Below, one piece after another: positions 45,882-53,720 of a stretch of DNA of 64,000 nucleotides (its first letter is position 1; every line of letters starts with the position of its first letter). This stretch comes from a virus. The stretch is taken from IMG/VR virus record IMGVR_UViG_3300019458_000006, positions 1-64,000 of that record. One strand, written 5' to 3'. Both the position numbers and the translations under genes were made by a program. The notes beneath the pieces were generated by a model. The model did no database searches. It was given only the letters and a program-made list of their open reading frames with translations, and was not told where the DNA came from.

Positions 45882-46428
45882 GGTGTATACCTGTTGCAGA
45901 TTAGTGGGTTTAGCGTCACAAAATATGGGGTTCCTGTAATCTTTTATATCAGAAAGTTGGTGCAACGCCAATAATTTCCTGGAATAACGAGGAGAAGGAG
46001 GCCCTGGATTGGCTCTTGAGCAAGATGAGCAGCCGCTCACTCCATATGAATGGCACCATAGAATTGAATATTCCAGCGTCAACCAGACGAGCGATCTTCA
46101 GGCACATCGCCAGGACGCCGCTAGAGGCCGTTATGGCTGCTTTCCCGGCGTGCGAGAGAAGAGGCCAATAACACAAAAGAAAGCCCTACAAAGCCTCCTA
46201 TGAGTCCAGGTGGCGCATAACCTTAAGGGAGCATCACAGAATAGCTATGATAGGGCTAGATAAGTTGCCTATCTTGCCAAAGAGTGGAAATGGTCAGGCT
46301 CCGGGTGGCGAATCTTAAGCAAGAACCCTAGCGGATGGGGCCATACCCACTACTCACCCTAGCTGTAATTACCACCGCACCGGCTGGTTTATACGCCACC
46401 CTAGTAGTAGTATAGCCTGCTATATCCA

Positions 46429-46449
46429 GTGTAGTCATATTGACTACAC
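46429..46449. promoter_or_regulatory. 21-bp palindromic operator (9-bp arms, 3-bp spacer) overlapping a TTGACT -35 box
   Basis: GTGTAGTCA-TAT-TGACTACAC. Extra half-site-like copies: CACTACACG at 46461-46469 and GACTACAC at 46654-46661. Confidence 0.6.
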
Positions 46450-46633
46450 CTGATGACATGCACTACACGCTCCCGCCTGATCTACCCTCAGCCGCCAGTC
46501 TATGTCTGGCCTCCCCCCTGGGGCCGCTGTACCACGCGCCTCGCCACCTCCGCGGCGGGCCCAGGCCGGGCGGCGCGGGGCGGCGCGTGCGAGCCTTTCG
46601 CGGGGGGGGCGGGTTTCCGGGGAGGCGCGGGGC

Positions 46634-46662
46634 TTGACTTCGCCGCAGTCACGGACTACACT
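46634..46662 (+). promoter_or_regulatory. sigma70-like promoter (TTGACT-N17-TACACT)
   Basis: -35 at 46634-46639, 17-nt spacer, -10 at 46657-46662. The G-free leader begins about 8 nt downstream. Confidence 0.55.
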
Positions 46663-46670
46663 GGTAGCTG

Positions 46671-46702
46671 CCACTCACCTACCTACTCACTTACTCACTT
46701 AC
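46671..46702 (+). repeat. G-free octamer-repeat leader, locus 1
   Basis: CCACTCACCTACCTACTCACTTACTCACTTAC has no G over 32 nt. GAGG and the ATG (46713) follow directly. Confidence 0.85.
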
Positions 46703-46712
46703 GAGGCACGCC

Positions 46713-47351
46713 ATGCTCACTTATGCGTCTTTTAGCGGCGGAGAACTCACGCTGCTGCCAGCTCCCACCTCCCCTCGCTCTTTCTGGCGAGATATGCGGC
46801 GGAGGGAGGCGGAGTACCTGGAGTCGCGGCGGTGGCGCGACTCCATAGACCCAGACGAGCCACCCCGGCCCATGCCCCTCCGGCCAGACGGCCAGAGCGC
46901 CCGGAGGGAGGCGCTGACGCCATATATGCGACTCGAGGAGCGGCACCCGAATCACCGCGACTTCGGCGAGGAGGAGCTCGCCGAAGTCGCCGCGGCTAAT
47001 GAGCGCGACTGGCAGGCAGTGTGCGAATTTCTGAGAGGCAAACTACCCCTCCATTCGGGGATACACACCGTAGTAGACGAGCAGGGGCTGCCGTTCCCCA
47101 TGCATGTACGTATAGCCACCTCCGGGCTGCCGGTGGCGGAGACCACGAGACCGAGGTATGAGCCGCCAGCGCCGCTAAACAGGCCCTGCTCGTATATGTG
47201 CCACTCACCAGAGGCGGTGCACTGTATGCCCGGCGTCTGCCGGGCCACACCAGAGGCCGCGCGGCGGTACGTGCCTGGCACCAAAGTGCTCCTGGAGTTC
47301 GCCTGCCGCTACGCCGCGGAGACTCTCCGCGAGCTCGGATTTGAGGCATGA
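46713..47351 (+). CDS. hypothetical protein
   Basis: 212-aa ORF with a GAGG Shine-Dalgarno 6 nt upstream. Confidence 0.6.
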   Translation: MLTYASFSGGELTLLPAPTSPRSFWRDMRRREAEYLESRRWRDSIDPDEPPRPMPLRPDGQSARREALTPYMRLEERHPNHRDFGEEELAEVAAANERDWQAVCEFLRGKLPLHSGIHTVVDEQGLPFPMHVRIATSGLPVAETTRPRYEPPAPLNRPCSYMCHSPEAVHCMPGVCRATPEAARRYVPGTKVLLEFACRYAAETLRELGFEA

Positions 47352-47459
47352 GACATAGGTGCGGTCTATCATCCGCCCCGCTGCAGTGAGCGGGGCGGCC
47401 AGATACACCGGCCATGTTGGCCATAATCACAATTTCCCCCTAAAAGATGGAGACAGACC

Positions 47460-47924
47460 ATGAGCATGACCGCACAAGCAGCTAGCGCCTACTTAGATTC
47501 GTGCCTGGAGCCAGACGGGCTCCCGCCGGCGGCGGCAGACGGGCGTGACGTACACGACGCCTATGCCGCTCTAGGGAGGGGGTTTGATGACTTTTTTGCC
47601 TGGCAAAGTAAACTCTTGGCCGCCGCGGCGGCTGGAACCGGCAGGGCCGGACCCTGCCCCATCAGCGAGGCCGAGTTCAGGGACCTGGCTCCGGAGCTCA
47701 CTCTCACTCTATTTAGCAGGAAGGTAAATACAGTCAAAAAATACGGAAAACCGCGTGCCAATACAAAAACTGGGCAGCTCAGCGGGGGCCGCTTCGAGTC
47801 AGGCGCATTCGGCTACTGGTTTGGTGGTCAAATTACCCTCGAAATCGGGGGTAAGAACGTGATTTTTCAGTGCGGCGGAAAGCTAGTGGCCGTGAAAAGC
47901 CAAGACGGAAAAAAAATAGACTAA
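47460..47924 (+). CDS. hypothetical protein
   Basis: 154-aa ORF followed by a strong terminator. Confidence 0.6.
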   Translation: MSMTAQAASAYLDSCLEPDGLPPAAADGRDVHDAYAALGRGFDDFFAWQSKLLAAAAAGTGRAGPCPISEAEFRDLAPELTLTLFSRKVNTVKKYGKPRANTKTGQLSGGRFESGAFGYWFGGQITLEIGGKNVIFQCGGKLVAVKSQDGKKID

Positions 47925-47954
47925 AAAATAGACTAGCCCCCCAGAGCGAGCACA

Positions 47955-47991
47955 TAGCCCGGCGTACGCGAGTACGTACCGGGCTATTTTT
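47955..47991 (+). terminator. intrinsic terminator
   Basis: TAGCCCGG-CGTAC-GCGA-GTACG-TA-CCGGGCTA followed by a T-run (TTTTT). Confidence 0.75.
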
Positions 47992-48002
47992 ATGCGCCCG
48001 CC

Positions 48003-48168
48003 CAGGCGGGCGGCCAGCCCCGCAGCTGGCGGGCCTAGGACGCGATCTGCGGCGTGCGGCAGGCCTGGCGGGCCGAGGCCAGGCCGGCCGCACGAGCACG
48101 CCCTGGCGGGCCGCTGGCGAGCGCACAGGGCCAGCCAGCGGCGAGCTGCCGGCGGGCGGGCTGGCGGG
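48003..48168. repeat. very GC-rich block with CTGGCGGGCC iterons
   Basis: CTGGCGGGCC occurs at 48026, 48065 and 48103 (39- and 38-nt spacing). CTGGCGGG occurs at 48161 and CAGGCGGG at 48003. All ORFs here look compositional. Confidence 0.8.
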
Positions 48169-48187
48169 TAGCCGGCCCGCCGAGTGG

Positions 48188-48231
48188 AATCACCCACCTA
48201 CTCACCTACTCACCTACTCACTTACTCACCC
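48188..48231 (+). repeat. G-free octamer-repeat tract, locus 2
   Basis: AATCACCCACCTACTCACCTACTCACCTACTCACTTACTCACCC has no G over 44 nt. Confidence 0.85.
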
Positions 48232-48382
48232 GCACGGCCCCCAAGGAACACTTACTGGACCAAGGAAAACCTTGGCTCTTGGAAGCGGATAGCAGCCCAT
48301 AATTCAGACTGGTATTGATGCTAGGGGGCTGTTTTTGTAAACAGATTGTCAGGAAGTTAGCCGCTGCTTTAAGGAACATCTA

Positions 48383-48631
48383 GTGGACCCCAAAATAGAC
48401 AGGCAAAACGCCATCCAAGCCCTTAGCTGGTGTGACCAGATTTGCCAAGCGCTCCAAGACGGGGATGAGGACGCCATCCACCTCATGCGAGGCAAGTTGG
48501 TGTACTTTTTCGCCAAAGCTGAGGAGCTAGACATCGTGGCGGCGGTCGATCTGGTCAGAACTAAGGCACTGCTGGTCCTCAAAGAGCAAGGTAAACAAGG
48601 AGAACAAGGAGAATCCGATGAATCGAATTAG
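48383..48631 (+). CDS. hypothetical protein (GTG start)
   Basis: 82-aa ORF. Confidence 0.45.
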   Translation: MDPKIDRQNAIQALSWCDQICQALQDGDEDAIHLMRGKLVYFFAKAEELDIVAAVDLVRTKALLVLKEQGKQGEQGESDESN

Positions 48632-48732
48632 TCCACGGGACGCGATCGATGCGTCTATCGCCACGAGGATGGGACCACTGCTTATGCGGCAGCGATGGCT
48701 CACTTCAATCCACCAACCGAGGAATCGTCACT

Positions 48733-48903
48733 ATGCAACGTCGCTACCGAGTCAGTTGGCGCGGGCCGTACGACGGACAGAGAAATAACGACCGGATCCT
48801 GACGCTGACAGCCAAGAACAAGAAACAGGCCCTGGAATTGGTCGGTCGCCTGTTCCCGATGAAGAAGATAAGGGTGGAATACCTGACCACCCAGAAGAAG
48901 TAA
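48733..48903 (+). CDS. hypothetical small protein
   Basis: MQRRYRVSWRGPYDGQRNNDRILTLTAKNKKQALELVGRLFPMKKIRVEYL, with GAGGA upstream. An alternative overlapping 59-aa ORF at 48618 cannot be excluded. Confidence 0.45.
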   Translation: MQRRYRVSWRGPYDGQRNNDRILTLTAKNKKQALELVGRLFPMKKIRVEYLTTQKK

Positions 48904-48960
48904 TATCGTCGCTGCTGCGACGTTTTTACTACTTCCAGGTGGCTTGATATAGCAAACCAG
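48901..48960 (+). repeat. post-stop-codon intergenic element, copy 3 (diverged), containing a terminator and a putative promoter
   Basis: TAA-TATCGTCGCTGCTGCGACGTTTTTACTACTTCCAGGTGGCTTGATATAGC. It shares ATCGTCGC..CG-T5-ACT..CTTC..GGTGG with copies 1 and 2. Confidence 0.6.
48907..48927 (+). terminator. intrinsic terminator
   Basis: CGTCGC-TGCT-GCGACG followed by TTTTT. Confidence 0.7.
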
Positions 48961-48964
48961 CCGC

Positions 48965-49025
48965 ACCCACTCACTTACTCACTTACTCACTTACTCACTT
49001 ACTCACTTACTCACTCACCACATTG
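48965..49025 (+). repeat. G-free octamer-repeat leader, locus 3 (CACTTACT x5 plus partial copies)
   Basis: CACCCACTCACTTACTCACTTACTCACTTACTCACTTACTCACTTACTCACTCACCACATT has no G over 61 nt. A putative promoter, TTTACT-N17-TATAGC, lies at 48925-48953. Confidence 0.9.
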
Positions 49026-49060
49026 TCCCTTGATTTCTGTTTTCTGGAGGGATTCGTCAC

Positions 49061-49327
49061 ATGCTAGCTTTATCGTTCGTGGACGCCATCCGCCAGGATG
49101 GCTATCGTCTCCTGCGCGTCTCGAGAACCAACCGGCGATACGCCGGCGAGCACGCCGTGCTCGCTATGGACCGGGACTACATCGTCACCTACGTCTTTGT
49201 GCCTCACGGCGGGTGCTATGGGGCGTGCTGCCACCGGCAGAAAATAATCCGGTCCACCGGTCGGGCCGAGGCACGGGTGGAGTTTCTACGAAGGTTTCCC
49301 CTAGCCGATGTGATTCGAGTGGACTGA
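49061..49327 (+). CDS. hypothetical protein carrying palindromic element copy B
   Basis: 88 aa with a GGAGGG Shine-Dalgarno 9 nt upstream. It contains ..YAGEHAVLAMDRDY.. encoded by 49136-49160. Confidence 0.55.
   Translation: MLALSFVDAIRQDGYRLLRVSRTNRRYAGEHAVLAMDRDYIVTYVFVPHGGCYGACCHRQKIIRSTGRAEARVEFLRRFPLADVIRVD
49136..49160 (+). repeat. palindromic element copy B, inside a CDS and in frame
   Basis: GCGAGCACGCCGTGCTCGCTATGGA. Confidence 0.9.
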
Positions 49328-49470
49328 GTGACGGTGTGCATCCCCACCCACCGGCAGTTGTGCGGTGGGTGGGCTTATGTACCGTTATCGCGCTTCTCGT
49401 AGCTAAACGGCGCAGCACCGGTTGGCTATCAAAGAACAGCAGGGGAAATGGCCATAAAGGATCATAGCCA

Positions 49471-49770
49471 ATGAAGAATCTGCAATCATTTCACTGGGAG
49501 TGGCTGAAATCGCGATCATTTACCTTAGAGCAGGCCGAGACCACAGCGAAACACATCGACCGGGCTTGCCGCCTGTCTCCGCTGCTCGGCGATGAGAGGG
49601 CTGATACCGTTGTCATCAACAGTGAAGACGGATCAACTCTGACCATCAACTTAGCGTTCACCATTGCCTTAGGGCCGTGGACTGGCATTATTTCCGAGCA
49701 CTTTCCGCCAATCATTGTTCACAGCACAGACACCACCGTGGAGGTAAAGCCTGACCGATCCACTGGATGA
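49471..49770 (+). CDS. hypothetical protein
   Basis: 99-aa ORF. Confidence 0.5.
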   Translation: MKNLQSFHWEWLKSRSFTLEQAETTAKHIDRACRLSPLLGDERADTVVINSEDGSTLTINLAFTIALGPWTGIISEHFPPIIVHSTDTTVEVKPDRSTG

Positions 49771-49904
49771 CGACAGAGATCAAACCAACCCCAACGACAT
49801 GAATGGGGATGATTGGGCTGAGTTTTATCACGAACTCGGCCCGGACTACGAGGATTACATGGACCACGACCACTCAATGGACGCTTAACATAAGGAGAAA
49901 CCTA

Positions 49905-50408
49905 ATGCAGAGTTTCAGACTGGGAATTGGACATCACCCACAAGGACCGTCGGGAGGGGTGGGCTGCGTCAACGAGATCGCCTCGGTGCTGGCCGGCGAG
50001 AAGTGGAGCGATAACGCTTCCTGCGTCGATCAGTTCTGCCGGGAGATGGCAATTGCCTACAACGACTCGTTTGACGACGACGACGAACTGAACGCCGATG
50101 AGTATACCCAGGGATTGCCTTGGAGGCTGGTCGGCACGGCCAGCGAGAAGCAGGGGAAGGCGCGTCGGAAAATGCTGGCTGAATTCTACGAGTCCTACAG
50201 CGACGACTATAGTCCAGAGACCCACTGCGATATCCTCTCTAGCGAGAGGATTGGTTCATTAGCCGGAAGACTTATCGTTACCGCGACGACTCGTCCAGAC
50301 GCCAGGCGGTGCCTGGAAGAGATGCTGGCCCTCACCGAGATCAAGGAACCGGCCTGTCAGGACGTATGCCTGGTGGGGGCCGCCGGAAACGAAGGACCGA
50401 ACATCTGA
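49905..50408 (+). CDS. hypothetical acidic protein, first gene of the Ubl-cassette neighbourhood
   Basis: I prefer the start MQSFRLGIG at 49905, which has an AAGGAG upstream. Confidence 0.55.
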   Translation: MQSFRLGIGHHPQGPSGGVGCVNEIASVLAGEKWSDNASCVDQFCREMAIAYNDSFDDDDELNADEYTQGLPWRLVGTASEKQGKARRKMLAEFYESYSDDYSPETHCDILSSERIGSLAGRLIVTATTRPDARRCLEEMLALTEIKEPACQDVCLVGAAGNEGPNI

Positions 50409-50445
50409 CAAATGTCACGCCCGCATTTTCGTCACACTGCTTAAA

Positions 50446-50478
50446 GCGAGCACCCTGTGCTTGCTAGCGCTGGCTGGC
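50446..50478 (-). repeat. palindromic element copy E (intergenic, reverse orientation, diverged)
   Basis: The plus strand reads GCGAGCAC-CCT-GTGCTTGC-TAGCGCTGGCTGGC. The reverse complement begins GCCAGCCAGCGCT, identical to the 13-nt flank of copy C. Confidence 0.7.
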
Positions 50479-50527
50479 TTGCTTAGGCAGGAAACTTACG
50501 TTTCGTCACTTTTTTAGGAGGATTAGT

Positions 50528-50752
50528 ATGCGCGTCACGATTCGGTATGGGACCGGCAACGAAACAACCACGGAGTTTCCAGATGGAACCACGCTGAGCG
50601 ATGTCATTGGTAACCCCAATGTGCGCGGTCTCTTGGGCTACGGCCAGAATGTCGTCGGCCACATCGGCGGCATTCCTCAGCAGGACTCCCTGACTCTGTT
50701 TAATGGGGTTGTGGTGGAGATCCACGACAAGCAGAGCCAAAAGGGGTCATAG
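50528..50752 (+). CDS. ubiquitin-like beta-grasp protein (ThiS/MoaD/Prok_Ub-like)
   Basis: 74 aa: MRVTIRYGTGNETTTEFPDGTTLSDVIGNP...LTLFNGVVVEIHDKQSQKGS. The length and hydrophobic pattern are ThiS-like. A strong AGGAGG Shine-Dalgarno is present. The C-terminus is KGS rather than GG. Confidence 0.55.
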   Translation: MRVTIRYGTGNETTTEFPDGTTLSDVIGNPNVRGLLGYGQNVVGHIGGIPQQDSLTLFNGVVVEIHDKQSQKGS

Positions 50753-50852
50753 AAAGAGGACGGATCGCGAATAGGGGCGACCTGGGGGCGGGGCCAAGAC
50801 TGCCCCTGGGTTGGCCTCTACTCCCGATTCCTCGTCAGTAAAAGGAGAGGGT

Positions 50853-51131
50853 ATGCCGTATGTAAGAATTGTCTACGTCCCCATCGATAGCAGCCACCGT
50901 TATTGCGGGCTCGAGGGAGCCATTGTCCGCGTGAACTACCTTCCGGCAAGCGGAATAGAAGTCGTCTATGCGGCGGACAGACTCCCGTGCCGGCCCGGAT
51001 GCGAATCCGACCATCCCCAGTCGGTGGGTGCTTTCTGTGAAGAAGTCCCAGCACATCTAGTACAGCCTGGGGGTCCAGGCACGCACGAACTCGGACCAAT
51101 CTTTATCCCGCCAATCACTAACCCTAACTAG
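50853..51131 (+). CDS. hypothetical protein in the Ubl cassette
   Basis: I prefer the start MPYVRIVYVP at 50853, which has an AAGGAGAG upstream. Confidence 0.5.
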   Translation: MPYVRIVYVPIDSSHRYCGLEGAIVRVNYLPASGIEVVYAADRLPCRPGCESDHPQSVGAFCEEVPAHLVQPGGPGTHELGPIFIPPITNPN

Positions 51132-51140
51132 GAGAATGTT

Positions 51141-51902
51141 ATGGCAATGAAAAATTGCATCGTCATCGACGAGGATGGAGTGGCCCAAAAAGTCACAGTC
51201 AAAACCTTCGAAGCCGGGGAGATACAAAACGCCCTCTACAGGGTCTCACAGAGCGGGTTCCACAGGATCGATTCGGTGTTTATGGTGGACGGCCAGCCCG
51301 TGACTATGGCACTCAACAACAACGGAGTGACTCTGGCGGCGGTCCAACTCCGGCAACTGCCGATCACCACCAACTACATGCTGAATGATAGTGTGCTGAA
51401 CCCTTGCTGGGCGACACTGACAGACGGTGTGCGCATGACTTGCATCTTCGTACCACCAGACAACATGAAGCTATGGCTGACCGTGGAACTCGTGAGCATA
51501 GAGAAGCGGACCACGATCCGTGAACTCGTGAGCATAGAGAAGCGGACCACGATCCGTAACGTGTTGATCTATGCCCAGGCGGCTGGGCAGACCGGCTACT
51601 TCCGGCTCCCGCTCCCTAATATTCACACCGATAGCCGGCTGTGCCCGAACCGGGAGCATGAAGAATGGGCGAACCACCTCACCGGAGAAAATGCAAACAA
51701 CATCGAGCTGTTGCTCAAAAAAGCCATCCGTCACGTCGTTGAGAGCGTCTGGAATAAGGACCTGGCTCCAGCCAACTCAGCGACCAGGCAAATATTCAGT
51801 TTCGATCCCCAGACACTCACCAACCAGACCATCCCCAGCGAGTGGTGGACGAGCTGCCAGCGCGTCTCGCGGCTAGAAATGGAGGTTCTCCATGCTAACT
51901 AA
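51141..51902 (+). CDS. E2-like (UBC-fold) candidate with a 12-aa tandem duplication
   Basis: FRLPLPNIHTDSRLCPNREHEEW resembles the E2 HPN-x(5-8)-C active-site flap. It overlaps the next ORF by 11 nt. Confidence 0.4.
   Translation: MAMKNCIVIDEDGVAQKVTVKTFEAGEIQNALYRVSQSGFHRIDSVFMVDGQPVTMALNNNGVTLAAVQLRQLPITTNYMLNDSVLNPCWATLTDGVRMTCIFVPPDNMKLWLTVELVSIEKRTTIRELVSIEKRTTIRNVLIYAQAAGQTGYFRLPLPNIHTDSRLCPNREHEEWANHLTGENANNIELLLKKAIRHVVESVWNKDLAPANSATRQIFSFDPQTLTNQTIPSEWWTSCQRVSRLEMEVLHAN
51486..51557 (+). repeat. perfect 36-bp tandem duplication (2 copies), in frame
   Basis: GAACTCGTGAGCATAGAGAAGCGGACCACGATCCGT x2 encodes ELVSIEKRTTIR twice. Confidence 0.95.
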
Positions 51903-52266
51903 CCCACAAATCGATCAGCGAGTGAGTTCCCTCCTCCATCCGGATCAGCAGGGGATGATTGTTGAAATTATAGATGACTCGATTGGCGTCAGGTTTGATG
52001 CACCAAGCGAACCAGAGCCGGCTGCCGAGGAGAACCTCTATCGGCAGCTGCTGGTCGATTTTTCCGTCAGGTCTGGAGATCCAGACGAAATCCAGGGTAT
52101 GGACTTACCTCTGTTTGTCCACTGGCTGTTCAAACGTAGCAGTGAATTCCCGCAACAGGTCCAGGAAATTAAGGACACCGTCATAAGCGCCCGGGGGCAA
52201 GTTATCGACCTGCTGCGATCTGAGATCGCACGTAGACTTATTCAGGAGATGTGCAATGAAACATAA
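51892..52266 (+). CDS. hypothetical protein in the Ubl cassette
   Basis: 124-aa ORF whose start and stop overlap the neighbouring genes. Confidence 0.55.
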   Translation: MLTNPQIDQRVSSLLHPDQQGMIVEIIDDSIGVRFDAPSEPEPAAEENLYRQLLVDFSVRSGDPDEIQGMDLPLFVHWLFKRSSEFPQQVQEIKDTVISARGQVIDLLRSEIARRLIQEMCNET

Positions 52267-52975
52267 AGTCATCGGAGGTGGTGGGATAGGCAGTCGGGTG
52301 GTGGAGCAACTAGTTCGCCTCGTTGATCCTGCCACCGTCACCGTCATCGACGGGGATACGCTGGAAACCAAGAACCTGGACCGCCAGCTATTTAACCAGT
52401 CCGCTGTTGGCCGCAACAAAGCCGAGGCCTTGGCGGAGAAGTACGGCACCGGGTTTATTCCGGAGTATTACTCCTGCGGAGCATTCAATGGAATGGATAA
52501 CACCACGCTCCTCTGGTGCTGTGCGGACAACAACACTTGCCGGCGGGAGGTGCTCGATGAATGCGACTTAAATCGCTGCTGGGCGATTCTCGCGGGCAAC
52601 GAGTACACCGACGCTGAGGCCATGCTCTACGAGCGGGGACTGCGGAACGGGCCGCACGACCCCAGGACGATCTATCCAGCCATCCTCACGGATCACCAAA
52701 ACGACCCTCTGGGGCCACCCGGCTGCGTAGAGCTGTCAGAGGACAGCCCCCAACTGGTCCTGGCAAATGTCTGGGCGGCCAGCTTTGCTTTGCATCTGTA
52801 TTGGTTTCACTTCCGCGAACATCAGGCCGTGGACAAGAGAGCCAGCCAGCGCTGCACTGGCGAGCACGCCGTGCTCGCTATGGAGAAAGCCTACTGGCCC
52901 ATCCATCACAAAGTGAACTTCCTCCAGTTTTCCACAATCCGGAGGCTCCACCGCCAGGAGGTGATAAATGCCTAG
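52256..52975 (+). CDS. ThiF/E1-like adenylyltransferase
   Basis: VIGGGGIGSRVVEQL (GxGxxG), IDGDTLETKNLDRQLF, GRNKAEAL, CADNNTCR. It carries palindromic element copy C near the C-terminus. Confidence 0.8.
   Translation: MKHKVIGGGGIGSRVVEQLVRLVDPATVTVIDGDTLETKNLDRQLFNQSAVGRNKAEALAEKYGTGFIPEYYSCGAFNGMDNTTLLWCCADNNTCRREVLDECDLNRCWAILAGNEYTDAEAMLYERGLRNGPHDPRTIYPAILTDHQNDPLGPPGCVELSEDSPQLVLANVWAASFALHLYWFHFREHQAVDKRASQRCTGEHAVLAMEKAYWPIHHKVNFLQFSTIRRLHRQEVINA
52841..52884 (+). repeat. palindromic element copy C, inside a CDS and in frame
   Basis: GCCAGCCAGCGCTGCACTG-GCGAGCACGCCGTGCTCGCTATGGA. Confidence 0.9.
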
Positions 52976-53573
52976 TGTCGGTTTTTCACAACCAACCGGA
53001 GTAAAACCTATGACGGCCACGATTGGCAGCGTCCTGAAACGAGACTTGGGAGACACTATTTATGGGCTGCTGTGCCAGCCCAGCCCCCCGGACAACATCC
53101 GGGGCTTGGTGCTTCGGAAAACCGGGATCCCGATTCCAGAAAAAGAGAACCCCAGGTCCTGGCTGGAGGCTAACTACGAGACGGCCAAAGCGGCCCGGCC
53201 GGCACCCGCGGTAGCCAAACAAACGCCTCTCTATTACACAGTCTCCGGCGGCTACCACCGCCGGGAATATGGAAGCTGCGACTATGCCAACGACGCCAGC
53301 TACGCTGGGGAGCTGCGCGTCCCTGAAAGAGTGATCCGGGAGATCGTGGAGGAAAATGAAGGCGACTTAGATAACATGGTCGAGTACCTGAAGCAGTACG
53401 TCCGGGATAATGAGTCATTTGAAAACAACGGAGACGACTACTCCTACAACAACTATGAGCAAATCGGCTCAGACAGCAGGGAGGATGAGGAGTACAACGC
53501 CGCGGAGGTTCTAGACGCCTTCCTTGCCGAGCACGGCAACGAGTTTGATGCGGAGGGGAACCGTATCGAGTAG
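52968..53573 (+). CDS. hypothetical protein with acidic C-terminus, in the Ubl cassette
   Basis: 201-aa ORF overlapping the E1 stop by 8 nt. Confidence 0.55.
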   Translation: MPSVGFSQPTGVKPMTATIGSVLKRDLGDTIYGLLCQPSPPDNIRGLVLRKTGIPIPEKENPRSWLEANYETAKAARPAPAVAKQTPLYYTVSGGYHRREYGSCDYANDASYAGELRVPERVIREIVEENEGDLDNMVEYLKQYVRDNESFENNGDDYSYNNYEQIGSDSREDEEYNAAEVLDAFLAEHGNEFDAEGNRIE

Positions 53574-53720
53574 GAGGATGGCGAATAGGAACAGCCACCG
53601 CAAATTGCGTTCTAGCTTGACGCGGCGCGGTCAGTCGTTCCAGGCTTTCCTGGCTTTGCGTCTGGGGCGACTCTCCCTGCTTCGTTGTTCACCACACCTA
53701 CACTCTGATTGGAGTCTCAA

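Noticed and set aside
46440-46955. Several overlapping 65-131-aa ORFs on both strands across the GC-rich block upstream of 46713.
   Set aside because: All have Arg/Gly/Ala/Pro-only composition, overlap one another, and cover predicted promoters and the octamer leader. I treat the region as non-coding regulatory DNA.
47833-48302. Four overlapping ORFs (82-140 aa) across the iteron block.
   Set aside because: Same compositional artefact. They start inside or after a strong terminator and span iterons and the G-free repeat.
48965-49025. Possible CRISPR array or telomere-like repeat, because of the tandem CACTTACT units.
   Set aside because: The units are only 8 nt and directly tandem with no spacers. 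No cas genes are present. The tracts sit between a promoter and a Shine-Dalgarno, so they are better explained as leader repeats.
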